64,000 nt of DNA from Candidatus Woesebacteria bacterium RIFCSPLOWO2_01_FULL_39_23 (GTDB lineage: Bacteria > Patescibacteriota > Microgenomatia > UBA8517), in the NCBI GenBank assembly GCA_001793095.1, contig MGHG01000009.1, positions 15,450-79,449 on the forward strand, written 5' to 3'. A program made the translations under genes and the position numbers. Below, piece after piece: positions 9,265 through 18,518 of the stretch. Position 1 is the stretch's first letter; each line of letters starts with the position of its first letter. Under the pieces are notes generated by a model, which was given only the letters and a program-made list of their open reading frames with translations, had not been told where the DNA came from and made no database searches.

Positions 9265-9390
9265 ATCAGAGAACCTGAGACTCGGAAAACTCGGAGTACC
9301 GGAAAATCAGATAACCAGATATTCAAATCTTCTGACTTTCTGACTGTCCGATAATCTCAACTTCCGAGGATTTCGATTCTCTGTGATATT
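9263..9390. repeat. MITE-like intergenic element, about 128 bp, terminal inverted repeats ATATCAGAGAAYC
   Basis: atatcagagaacc at 9263-9275 pairs with gattctctgtgatat at 9376-9390. Internal ACTCGGA repeats. Related copies at about 20620-20730 and 23500-23597. Confidence 0.45.
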
Positions 9391-10146
9391 ATGTCAGGAC
9401 ATTCACATTATTCAACAATTAAAAGGCAAAAAGGTATAAAAGATGCTCAGAAGGGAAGAGTATTTTCTAAACTTTCAAGATTAATATCTTTAGCCGTAAA
9501 AGCGGGCGGCGGGATTACAGATCCTTCTGCTAACTATAAGCTGCGTATGGCGATTGAGTCTGCTAGGGCAGCCAATATGCCTAAGGAAAATGTAGAGCGA
9601 GCTATAAGTAGGGCGGGGGTCGAGGCGGAATCCCTTGAAGAGATGACTTATGAGGGTTACGGACCGATGGGTATAGCAGTTATTGTGGAGGTAACAACCG
9701 ATAGCAGAAACAGAACCGGACAAGAAATTAAAAACATTTTTGAAAGGGTGGGGGGGTCATTGGGTGGTCCCGGTTCAGTTTCGTTTAATTTTGATACGCA
9801 AGGATTAATTGTTATACCCAAAAGTGATAATGCTCAAACGCAAATTCTTAATCTTATTGATATGGGTGTAGAGGATTTTCAGGAAGAACAAGACTCAATC
9901 GAGATTTATACACAACAGGATAAAGTATCAGATATTAAAGAGAAATTGATAGCACAAGGTATAAACGTTGTTTCTTCGGATATTATAAAAAGACCCAAAA
10001 ATTATCAAACCCTGACAAATTCGGTTGAGGTGGAGCGGGCTTTGAATTTTTTAGAAAAAATTGAAGATCACGATGATGTACAAAAAGTGTTTACGAATAT
10101 AGATATTCCAGACGAACTTATTAATAAGCAGGAAGCTGCTTCTTAA
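9391..10146 (+). CDS. YebC/PmpR-family transcriptional regulator
   Basis: 251 aa. MSGHSHYSTIKRQKGIKDAQKGRVFSKL is the hallmark YebC N-terminus. Confidence 0.9.
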   Translation: MSGHSHYSTIKRQKGIKDAQKGRVFSKLSRLISLAVKAGGGITDPSANYKLRMAIESARAANMPKENVERAISRAGVEAESLEEMTYEGYGPMGIAVIVEVTTDSRNRTGQEIKNIFERVGGSLGGPGSVSFNFDTQGLIVIPKSDNAQTQILNLIDMGVEDFQEEQDSIEIYTQQDKVSDIKEKLIAQGINVVSSDIIKRPKNYQTLTNSVEVERALNFLEKIEDHDDVQKVFTNIDIPDELINKQEAAS

Positions 10147-10150
10147 TTTA

Positions 10151-10927
10151 ATGTCAAAAAGAAAACGTTTTGTAGTAACCTCAGTACTTCTTTCTTTGGG
10201 ATTTTTTGTAATTCAATTTATTGATATACAGACATATAAATTTATTGGTATGGGAGTGTTGTGTCTACTGACGCTTGTCTTATTTATTTGGTCGCTCAGA
10301 GAAGGGTTGGGGAAAAATCTTACATTACTTACTCTAATATTACCCGTTTCTTTTACTGCTTCGGTTGGTCTTTTTTGGTTTTTATTACCTGCAAGTTGGC
10401 TTCTTAGAATTCCTGTAATTCTTTTTTTTGCTGCCGGAACATATGCGTTGTCATTAACTTCCAATATATTTACTGTTTCAGCTATAAGAACAATAGCATT
10501 GCTTCGTGCGGCTAAAGGCGTAGGATTTTTACTCACTCTTGTTGTAATGTTCCTTATATACGACACAATATTTTCATTACGTACGGGTATGTTGATTACT
10601 AGCAGCTTGGTCTTTCTCTCGTCGCTTATACTTTTTTTACAGGGGTTTTGGACCGTGATACTAACTAATTATTTTTCAAATAAACTAGTTATGATTTCGA
10701 TAATAACATCACTTGTTGTAAGCGAGTCGGTTATAAGTATATATTTCTGGCCGGTTACAGTTGTTGTCGGTTCATTGTTTTTAACTATCGTATCTTATGT
10801 TTTATTGGGTTTAGGTCAGGCCATGCTCGAGGGGAGGCTTTTTCGCCAAACCGTCAGGGAATACCTTCTGGTGGGCACTGTTGTATTTATAGTTATGTTT
10901 CTTTCGACCCATTGGGCAGGCTCATAA
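10151..10927 (+). CDS. Hypothetical polytopic membrane protein
   Basis: 258 aa, highly hydrophobic, no motif recognised. Confidence 0.4.
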   Translation: MSKRKRFVVTSVLLSLGFFVIQFIDIQTYKFIGMGVLCLLTLVLFIWSLREGLGKNLTLLTLILPVSFTASVGLFWFLLPASWLLRIPVILFFAAGTYALSLTSNIFTVSAIRTIALLRAAKGVGFLLTLVVMFLIYDTIFSLRTGMLITSSLVFLSSLILFLQGFWTVILTNYFSNKLVMISIITSLVVSESVISIYFWPVTVVVGSLFLTIVSYVLLGLGQAMLEGRLFRQTVREYLLVGTVVFIVMFLSTHWAGS

Positions 10928-11776
10928 TATTAATATTGTAAAAATATTGACATTAGAGATTAAAATTTTGATAGGCCTAAGAAAGGGGAGTAGGGAGAGG
11001 TTAACGCCCTATAATAATTATAGGGTATACACCGGTACATTTTCACAGAAAGGTAAAAATGTTTTCACGCGCACAACAATCGACTTAAGTAGTGTCCAAA
11101 GAAATACCGAAATATTTATAGGCTTCGCGTTCGGAGTATAACGGTGATTAATGATATAGAATGATATAGTTTCTTCCTCACTTCAAGCCTAATTATGTTC
11201 TTTGTATTGTGGATAATTATTATAAAATAATTTGCATAGATTTTGATTTTGCACCCTCTCTCGATAGAGGAATATCCTTAATGTGTAAATTGTCCTTAAT
11301 AATATAATACTGGACGGTTATGAGAGAAGTGTCTGTATAGCTTCCCTTATTTCTCTTGTTCTCCGGGGACGGAGTGTGGTAAGGACTGATTTAGTAGTGA
11401 AGAAGTCAGAGAAGCGAAATTATATAATGTCGCACAATATAACTTTTACGACGTATATAAATTCAGCCAGGGGTAGAGCGTAATTAACATAGCTTTCTTA
11501 ACTCTAGCTTATACAAATATTTCTTATAATTATTTTCTAAGTTAATTTATCTTCTCCGAAATTGATGTCATTAAAATTCGTAAACCAAACATAACCCGAA
11601 GCCGAATTATATGCAATTTATACTCCCCTATTTATAATAAATTTCCGGATAATTAATAAACGCCGTATATACGGAAATATAAATACATTACTAAGACGAG
11701 CAACAGACCGTCTTTTTCTTAAAACCTACCTTAGAAACGATTTGGTGAGGCCAAATATTTCTTATTAACTGCATGT

Positions 11777-12553
11777 TTGCTAAGATACTGCATTATGCTT
11801 AAGGAACGCGAACCCATATCAAAAACTGGCAAACTTTTAGACTTAATGAGAATTTATGGTGTAAGTTTTGATCTGGACGGTGTAAAAGTATTGACATCAC
11901 CGGGAGCTATCAAAATTTACAATAAAAAGTGGGGAATTCCATATGGTTTGGTTAAATATCACGGTGATTTGTCAGATTATTTTTCAATGACCCAGTGGTT
12001 GACAGAAATTAATTCGCTCCATCGCGGTAAAATACAAGATCCGATGCATGAGGCTGTTAGTATTTGGAATAATGAAGAAAACTTAAGGACTGCACCAGTC
12101 GAATCAGGAGTAATATCGTTATTAAAATTGATGTACAACCATAAAGTAGATCCATACGATATAACCTCCAGACCGGTAAGTACAAAACAGACCACCGAAG
12201 AATGGATTAATAATAAATTGGGTGTGTTCGGAGATCTGACTAATAGACTTAATATGCAGGAAGGTGAAAATTTGAATCCTGAATTTAAAGCCGATCGCGC
12301 GGAATTATTGAAAATATTATTTCATTTTGAAGATTCGGGAAAACACGCTGAGAAAATCGCAGATAGAGGGATTGTTGTTGGACTTGTTATTAAGCCGTGG
12401 AGTGAAAATTATATTCCCCAACATCCTCTGATAATACGCCCAACACGGTATCACGGCAGACCGGAAATTGTACGGACGTTTTTGGCACTTCGCGACTTTG
12501 TTGCAACTAACCCTGAAATTATTAACTCCTTAATTGAAAAAAGATTCAAATAG
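11777..12553 (+). CDS. HAD-superfamily hydrolase, 5'(3')-deoxyribonucleotidase (NT5C)-like; real start probably the Met at 11846
   Basis: MRIYGVSFDLDGVKV gives HAD motif I (DxDGV) near the N-terminus when started at the internal Met. A later FHFEDSGK segment resembles the DD/EDS motif of NT5C-type enzymes. Confidence 0.4.
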   Translation: MLRYCIMLKEREPISKTGKLLDLMRIYGVSFDLDGVKVLTSPGAIKIYNKKWGIPYGLVKYHGDLSDYFSMTQWLTEINSLHRGKIQDPMHEAVSIWNNEENLRTAPVESGVISLLKLMYNHKVDPYDITSRPVSTKQTTEEWINNKLGVFGDLTNRLNMQEGENLNPEFKADRAELLKILFHFEDSGKHAEKIADRGIVVGLVIKPWSENYIPQHPLIIRPTRYHGRPEIVRTFLALRDFVATNPEIINSLIEKRFK

Positions 12554-12659
12554 CCAGTGTCGCACAATATTGACAGCGTGTATCAAATAGTGTAAGCTGA
12601 GTTATACTTAACAATTACCACTTGTCATTTGACATTTAGCATTTATAGTTTAATTAAGC

Positions 12660-13610
12660 ATGACTGCCCAATCATCTTCATCTGAAATAGCTAAAAAAGT
12701 TAATGATTTTTTGGAGTACCTCGAAGTTGAGAAAGGCTCCTCTCCCCTGACTATAAGGAACTATCGCCATTATTTAGGACGCTTTATGGACTTTTTGAGT
12801 AAAGAAGGTATACGGATGAATTTGGTCGATATTAACCCGGAAATAGTTCGCCAGTTCAGGGTTTATTTATCACGACTTCCCGGTTATAAACATCAAGGGA
12901 CAATTTGCAGAAAAACTCAAGGATATCACGCGATTGCGATTCGATCATTTCTCCGTTGGTTAATCAAAAACGATTTTAAAGTGATGTCTCCGGATAAAAT
13001 TGATTTACCGAAGGTCGCCGAGCGACAAGTTAAGTTTCTATCAAGTGAGGATGTCGGACGTTTGCTTAATTCCCCGTCACTTTCGACAATAAACGGGAAA
13101 AGAGATAAGGCGATTTTAGAAGTTCTTTACTCAACCGGGTTACGTGTGTCCGAACTGGTAAGACTTAATCGCGACGAAATTGATTTAGACAGGCGGGAAT
13201 TTGGGGTTGTCGGAAAAGGCGGACGAGCGCGAGTAGTATTTTTATCGAAGCGGGCTGCTGAATGGATTGATGCATATTCAAAAGTGAGAGCTGATCACTT
13301 CAAGCCTTTATTTATACGGCATAAAGGAAAAATTGATCCGGCGGTAGCGGATGAAAAAATGCGGCTTACGTCAAGATCGATTCAGAGAATGATAAAAAAG
13401 TATGTCAGGAAAATAAAGTTGACGGTGGACGCAACACCCCATGTCTTACGACATTCTTTTGCAACTGATCTTCTTATGGCGGGAGCCGATATTCGAAGTG
13501 TGCAGGAAATGCTGGGACATAAAAATATTCAAACTACTCAAATATACACCCACGTTACCCAACGCCACCTCAGGGAAATCCACGAGACGTTTCATGGAAA
13601 AGGAAATTAG
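12660..13610 (+). CDS. Tyrosine site-specific recombinase, XerC/XerD family
   Basis: 316 aa. C-terminal HVLRHSFATDLLMAGADIRSVQEMLGHKNIQTTQIYTHV holds the R-H-R-Y catalytic signature region. N-terminal SAM-like core-binding domain. Confidence 0.85.
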   Translation: MTAQSSSSEIAKKVNDFLEYLEVEKGSSPLTIRNYRHYLGRFMDFLSKEGIRMNLVDINPEIVRQFRVYLSRLPGYKHQGTICRKTQGYHAIAIRSFLRWLIKNDFKVMSPDKIDLPKVAERQVKFLSSEDVGRLLNSPSLSTINGKRDKAILEVLYSTGLRVSELVRLNRDEIDLDRREFGVVGKGGRARVVFLSKRAAEWIDAYSKVRADHFKPLFIRHKGKIDPAVADEKMRLTSRSIQRMIKKYVRKIKLTVDATPHVLRHSFATDLLMAGADIRSVQEMLGHKNIQTTQIYTHVTQRHLREIHETFHGKGN

Positions 13611-13612
13611 TA

Positions 13613-14146
13613 ATGAAAACTTTAATTTTACCCGGATATTCGGAACACAATAGAGATTGGGCTGAAGAGGTAGCTAAAAACTTAATGCCATCAGCTAAAA
13701 GTAATATAACTAAATCGGGAAAGAAAAGGAGTCAAATAATTGTACATGTATGGGATCATTGGTCAAAAGGTGGAAGCTTAAACATCAACTCAGAGGTAGA
13801 AAAGATATTAGTGGAAGTTGGGAAAGAAAAAGTAAATTTTATTGCGAAGTCAGTAGGTACGAAAGTGTTGATGTCTGTTGTTCCCCGGATTAAAGAACAA
13901 ATCAATAAGGTCATACTTTGCGGTATTCCGATTGACCCCGTCGGTTATGCGAAAGTATTAAAACAGATTGGATATGACAACCTAGTAATTTTTCAAAATT
14001 CACAAGACCCGTTTATGCCATATAAGGCAATAAAGTTATACATAAAAGCAGTCGATAAAAATATCAAAGTTATAGAAAAACCCCGATTTGACCATAGTTA
14101 TCCGTATTATTATGACTTTAAGTTATTTCTTAAAGGTAAATCCTAG
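13613..14146 (+). CDS. Small alpha/beta serine hydrolase, RBBP9/YdeN-like
   Basis: 177 aa. Starts ILPGYSEHN and has AKSVGT as a possible nucleophile-elbow variant. Weak, from memory of the family. Confidence 0.3.
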   Translation: MKTLILPGYSEHNRDWAEEVAKNLMPSAKSNITKSGKKRSQIIVHVWDHWSKGGSLNINSEVEKILVEVGKEKVNFIAKSVGTKVLMSVVPRIKEQINKVILCGIPIDPVGYAKVLKQIGYDNLVIFQNSQDPFMPYKAIKLYIKAVDKNIKVIEKPRFDHSYPYYYDFKLFLKGKS

Positions 14147-14162
14147 TTGGGGAAATAGCTAA

Positions 14163-16790
14163 CTACTTCTTTTCTTCCACTGCTTCTTCATCAGTAGTTT
14201 TTTCAAGAACGGTCATAGCGGCTACGGCATCTGTCTTATCAGTGAAACGCATGAGTATTACGCCTTGCGTCGCCCTGCCCATCTGCGGAATATTTTTTAA
14301 GGGCAGCTTGATAATTTGTCCGAATTTACTCGTTATTACTACCTGCTCGACATTTTCGGTAACCAAGGCTTCGGTTGCCAGATCGCCCGTTTTCGAATTA
14401 ACGACTGCTGCTTTTACCCCCTTCCCCGCCCTTTTCTGTTGCGGGAATAAGTGGGTTGGTGTTCTTTTACCCAACCCCTTGCCCGAAATCGTTAACATAT
14501 CTCTGAAATTTTTCCTTCTTTTATCATCACTTTTTTTATGGTCCGGCGGGAAAACTTCCATGCCTATAACAAGATCTTCTTTTTCAAGTTTAATTCCGGT
14601 TACTCCGCTTGTTGCCCGACCCATTGATCGCGCATTAGCTTCGGGAAATCTAATCGATTTACCTTTTTTTGTTAATAAAAATATATGGTCGTTTCCGGTT
14701 GTCTCGTGGACAGAAACCAGAGAATCATCCTTATCTAAACGGATTGCAATAATTCCGGAAGTCCGGATATTCGTAAATTCTTTGATCGACGTCTTTTTTA
14801 TCACACCTTTGGCTGTAGACATTATTAGGTAACTTCCTATTGTAGTCATAGGTAGAATCGACATAATACGCTCGTTTTGCTCTATGTTTAAAATGTTTAC
14901 GACAGCCTGACCCTTAGCCTGCCTTGAAGACTCCTGAATTTCCCAGGCTTTAGTTCCGTAGACCTTACCTTTATCAGTGAAGAATAAAATTGTATCGTGA
15001 GTTGTAGCGGAAATGATGTGCTCTATTTCGTCTTCTTCTTTGGTTGTCATACCCACCACCCCCTTGCCGCCGCGTCTTTGTGCTCTGTAAGTTGTTCTCG
15101 GCACCCTTTTTATATAACCGGTTTTCGTAATTGTGATCAGGGTTTCTTCTTTAGGCACAAGATCCTCTTCACTAAATTCTCCTATTTTAGCTTTATAAAT
15201 TTTAGTTTTACGTTCATCCCCAAATTTCTTTTTTGCATCCTCCAGTTCACCCATTATCATGTCTAAAACTTTATTGGGATCTCTGAGAATTGCGATTAAC
15301 CTGTCTATCAATTTCTTTATCTCATTATATTCTTCTAATATTTTTTCCCGCTCTAAAGCGGCAAGGCGCCTTAGTTGCATGTCCAATATTGCCGTAGCTT
15401 GGATGTCGCTGAGCGCAAATTTTGATATAAGATTGTTTTTGGCATCTTCCTGGGTTTTGCTTTTTCTAATTGTCGAAATTACCTCGTCTAAGTTGTCGAG
15501 CGCAATCATTAACCCTTCCAAAATATGGGCTCTTCTTTTAGCTTCCGTAAGATCGAATATTGTTCGTCGGATAATTACTTTAAGTCGGTGTTTGACATAC
15601 TCAACCACAATTTCTTTTAGACTTAAGGTGCGGGGTGTACCGTCGACCAAGGCTACGAAATTAGCAGGAAAAGAACTTTGAAGTTTGGTTAATTTATATA
15701 AATTATTTAGTACGGCTTTAGGTTTAGAATCGCGTTTTAGTTCAACTACGACCCTAAGTCCGTCTTTGTCTGATTCGTCACGCAGGTCAGATATGCCGAC
15801 TATTTTTTTCTCTCTGACTAAGTCTGCGATTTTTTTAACTAACTCTGCTTTATTGACTTGGTAAGGTATGGCACTAATAATAATAGACTCTTTACCTTTT
15901 TTACTCTCAGTTATTTCAGCAATACCACGAACCGTTATTTTGCCCCTACCAGTTGCATACACTTCTTTTATTGATGCCGCATCGTAAATAGTTGCACCGG
16001 TTGGAAAATCCGGACCGGGAATAAATTTAATCAACTCTTCCAGGGTAATTTCACTATCAAAATCAACATTATTTGCGTCGATCTCTTTATTTTCAAGTTT
16101 TTTCTCAACACCTGCTGCAACTAAGTTTATTTTTTTGATGACAAATTCAGTTTCTTCTTTCTGGTTTTCTTGATCTGTTATTACCCCACCCTTTTTTATT
16201 GCAGATACAATTCCGTCGATAACCTCTTTGAGATTGTGCGGAGGAATTTTTGTCGCCATGCCGACGGCGATGCCCTCTGACCCCATAAGCAGTAAGTTTG
16301 GCAGTAGTGCCGGAAGGTATACAGGTTCTTTTAAGGTCGCATCGAAATTATCGATCACCTCAACGGTATCTTTTTGAATATCCGTGAGGAGTAGATCTGA
16401 TATTGTTGCCAGCTTTACCTCAGTGTAGCGCATTGCTGCAGCGGAGTCTCCGTCGACCGATCCGAAATTACCCTGGCCTTTAATTAAGGGGTATCTTAAA
16501 GAAAAAGTTTGTGCCATTCTGACTAAAGAGTCATAAACGGCAACATCGCCATGGGGGTGATATTTACCCAACACTTCTCCGACAACTTTTGCCGACTTTG
16601 TGAAAGATGAACTAGGTCCGAGCCCCATTTGATACATTGCATAAAGTATTCTTCTGTGGACGGGCTTGAGCCCGTCTCTGACATCCGGAAGGGCTCGGGC
16701 TACAATAACGCTCATTGCATAATCAACGTAAGATTTAGCTAGTTCGGAGGTTATTTCGATGGGTTTAATTTTTCCAATATCCATATACAT
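14163..16790 (-). CDS. gyrA: DNA gyrase subunit A
   Basis: 875 aa. [22 protein letters not shown] with the active-site Tyr region. C-terminal beta-pinwheel repeats. Confidence 0.95.
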   Translation of the reverse strand: MYMDIGKIKPIEITSELAKSYVDYAMSVIVARALPDVRDGLKPVHRRILYAMYQMGLGPSSSFTKSAKVVGEVLGKYHPHGDVAVYDSLVRMAQTFSLRYPLIKGQGNFGSVDGDSAAAMRYTEVKLATISDLLLTDIQKDTVEVIDNFDATLKEPVYLPALLPNLLLMGSEGIAVGMATKIPPHNLKEVIDGIVSAIKKGGVITDQENQKEETEFVIKKINLVAAGVEKKLENKEIDANNVDFDSEITLEELIKFIPGPDFPTGATIYDAASIKEVYATGRGKITVRGIAEITESKKGKESIIISAIPYQVNKAELVKKIADLVREKKIVGISDLRDESDKDGLRVVVELKRDSKPKAVLNNLYKLTKLQSSFPANFVALVDGTPRTLSLKEIVVEYVKHRLKVIIRRTIFDLTEAKRRAHILEGLMIALDNLDEVISTIRKSKTQEDAKNNLISKFALSDIQATAILDMQLRRLAALEREKILEEYNEIKKLIDRLIAILRDPNKVLDMIMGELEDAKKKFGDERKTKIYKAKIGEFSEEDLVPKEETLITITKTGYIKRVPRTTYRAQRRGGKGVVGMTTKEEDEIEHIISATTHDTILFFTDKGKVYGTKAWEIQESSRQAKGQAVVNILNIEQNERIMSILPMTTIGSYLIMSTAKGVIKKTSIKEFTNIRTSGIIAIRLDKDDSLVSVHETTGNDHIFLLTKKGKSIRFPEANARSMGRATSGVTGIKLEKEDLVIGMEVFPPDHKKSDDKRRKNFRDMLTISGKGLGKRTPTHLFPQQKRAGKGVKAAVVNSKTGDLATEALVTENVEQVVITSKFGQIIKLPLKNIPQMGRATQGVILMRFTDKTDAVAAMTVLEKTTDEEAVEEKK

Positions 16791-16830
16791 TTCGTTCTTT
16801 CTTTTCTAAAGAAAGAACGGCAAAGAAATT
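16791..16830 (-). promoter_or_regulatory. Conserved leader element (ATTTCTTTGCC + hairpin CGTTCTTTCT/AGAAAGAACG) abutting the gyrA start
   Basis: Read on the minus strand: ATTTCTTTGCC-GTTCTTTCTTT-agaaa-AGAAAGAAC-gaa-ATG. Same architecture as the efp, rpsP and rpmF copies. Confidence 0.5.
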
Positions 16831-16929
16831 TATAACGCAAATACTATTCTAAAATTCATAGTCCGTATCTTCTTTACCAAAGCGAGACAAAGAAATTAAT
16901 ACAGAAAACAAAAATGAGGCTGGATAGCC

Positions 16930-17829
16930 TTACTGTATTTTAGTCTTTTTTATACTCTGTGGCAAGGCCGAATAGGGGGTGGTCTTGACGTTAAAAAGTA
17001 CCAGTCCTGCAATCAAAAGTACGATCCCGACTATTAGCCAAAATTTAAAAATATCGGTAAGCAGAGCTGAACCGAGCGTTCCTGCAATAATGTCCCCCGC
17101 ATTTACTCTTGCGGCAATATTTTGCCCGAATATTCCGGCAGCAATCTTCATAATCCATGATAAAAACAAGATTAATATACCTGCAACTGTTATAAGTTTT
17201 GCCGGCCCGGATACACGATCGCTTTTACTTGAGGCAAGAGAATGTAATTTGACTAGTATTAAGGTAAGAATAAGCGAAAATAATAAATTCTTTCTCGCTC
17301 TTTGCCCGAGTAGAGAGAGACTTGTCAGACGATCTCTGTTGACATTAATTTCCGGATGTTCTTCGAGAACTTGTGTAACATTTATATTCTCGGTTGTTAG
17401 ATAATCAGGAAGACGCTCTATAGACTCTTTAGGTAAACCCCACTTCATGATTGGGAGATAAATTGTAAGTTCGGGAGTTTTTCCGTTAGCATAAATTAAG
17501 ATATTTTGTATATTCTTATCGGAAAAATCGCGAATATTTTCTTCACTAATTGGTGTTAAAAGTTTTTCTATCTGAGTATCGATTTCTTTCCTTTGACCCA
17601 CCGTCAGGTTGTTATAACTTTTATTCTGTTGTGCCAATTCCATTCTGAGAGAATTTCGAGCATATGCTTTTAATCCCTTTTCTAAATTCTTATATACCCC
17701 GGGTTTGGAGAAGGAGTTTTGATAGAACCTAGGATTAAGAAGAAAAAAAACTAACGTTGTGAGAATTAAGAGATAAATAATGGTAATGACTGTAAAAAAT
17801 CCAATTAGTGTTCTGACAAATGTTTTCAT
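16930..17829 (-). CDS. Hypothetical membrane protein
   Basis: 299 aa. N-terminal TM, a central soluble region, C-terminal TM helices. Confidence 0.4.
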   Translation of the reverse strand: MKTFVRTLIGFFTVITIIYLLILTTLVFFLLNPRFYQNSFSKPGVYKNLEKGLKAYARNSLRMELAQQNKSYNNLTVGQRKEIDTQIEKLLTPISEENIRDFSDKNIQNILIYANGKTPELTIYLPIMKWGLPKESIERLPDYLTTENINVTQVLEEHPEINVNRDRLTSLSLLGQRARKNLLFSLILTLILVKLHSLASSKSDRVSGPAKLITVAGILILFLSWIMKIAAGIFGQNIAARVNAGDIIAGTLGSALLTDIFKFWLIVGIVLLIAGLVLFNVKTTPYSALPQSIKKTKIQ

Positions 17830-18506
17830 GTGTGTTGCGAAGTTGACTCAGTATGATATGCGATACCGCCCTTGATTTTTAGACCAATGAACCTAATAAA
17901 TGTTGCATTTTCAGTTTCATGCATCTGTTCAGATGCATCCATTACGGTTGGGTTAAATAAACCGTTAACTTCGTTCTGTATTTCATCTAGACTGAAAAAC
18001 CGCTCAACAAGGCCTTGGGGGGTCTGATAAAAATTTTCGTGTAGCTTAAGTGACTTTAAAACTTCAGGGTCTTCTTTCGATTTAAGTAGGGTTGCGAATA
18101 TTCCACCGTCTTTTAATACGCGATGAATTTCTCTGAAAATTTGGTCTGTTATCGTATGAGAAAAATAATGCAGGACGGCGTGTGCGTAGACGACATTAAA
18201 AGCTTCGTTTTTAAAAGGCAATGGATGTCGTATATCGATATTTTGAAAATCAATTAGAAGTTTCTGTGCGTTGGCTTCCCATTTAGAAATTTCTAAGGCA
18301 GAATCAGAAAAGTCGGAACTTGTCACCTTATATCCCTGGTGTGCAAAGTAGCGGGAATCTTTACCTAAGCCCGCGCCCAGCTCCAGTATAATTCCTTCTT
18401 TCGGGAAATAACTTATCGCAAATTGTGCAAAAAGTGACGGATTATCATCCCAATCCTCTTGTTCGTATTTTTTCCACCATCCATCCCAGAAATCCTTCGT
18501 TTCCAT
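17826..18506 (-). CDS. Class I SAM-dependent methyltransferase
   Basis: ILELGAGLGKDS matches the SAM-binding motif I (GxGxG). Confidence 0.7.
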   Translation of the reverse strand: METKDFWDGWWKKYEQEDWDDNPSLFAQFAISYFPKEGIILELGAGLGKDSRYFAHQGYKVTSSDFSDSALEISKWEANAQKLLIDFQNIDIRHPLPFKNEAFNVVYAHAVLHYFSHTITDQIFREIHRVLKDGGIFATLLKSKEDPEVLKSLKLHENFYQTPQGLVERFFSLDEIQNEVNGLFNPTVMDASEQMHETENATFIRFIGLKIKGGIAYHTESTSQHT

Positions 18507-18518
18507 TCTGGTTATATA

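Noticed and set aside
11421-12570. 13-nt direct repeat TGTCGCACAATAT at 11428 and 12558, flanking the HAD-like gene next to xerC/D. Possible att or dif-like site (it contains the palindrome CAATATTG).
   Set aside because: In a 64-kb window about 30 exact 13-mer coincidences are expected by chance, so the repeat alone is not significant. There are no longer flanking similarities and no clear XerC/XerD arm structure. Kept only as a weak note.
14242-15681. Plus-strand ORFs (196, 89 and 140 aa) inside gyrA.
   Set aside because: They are antisense to a confidently identified, highly conserved gene, and their translations are low-complexity. Spurious.
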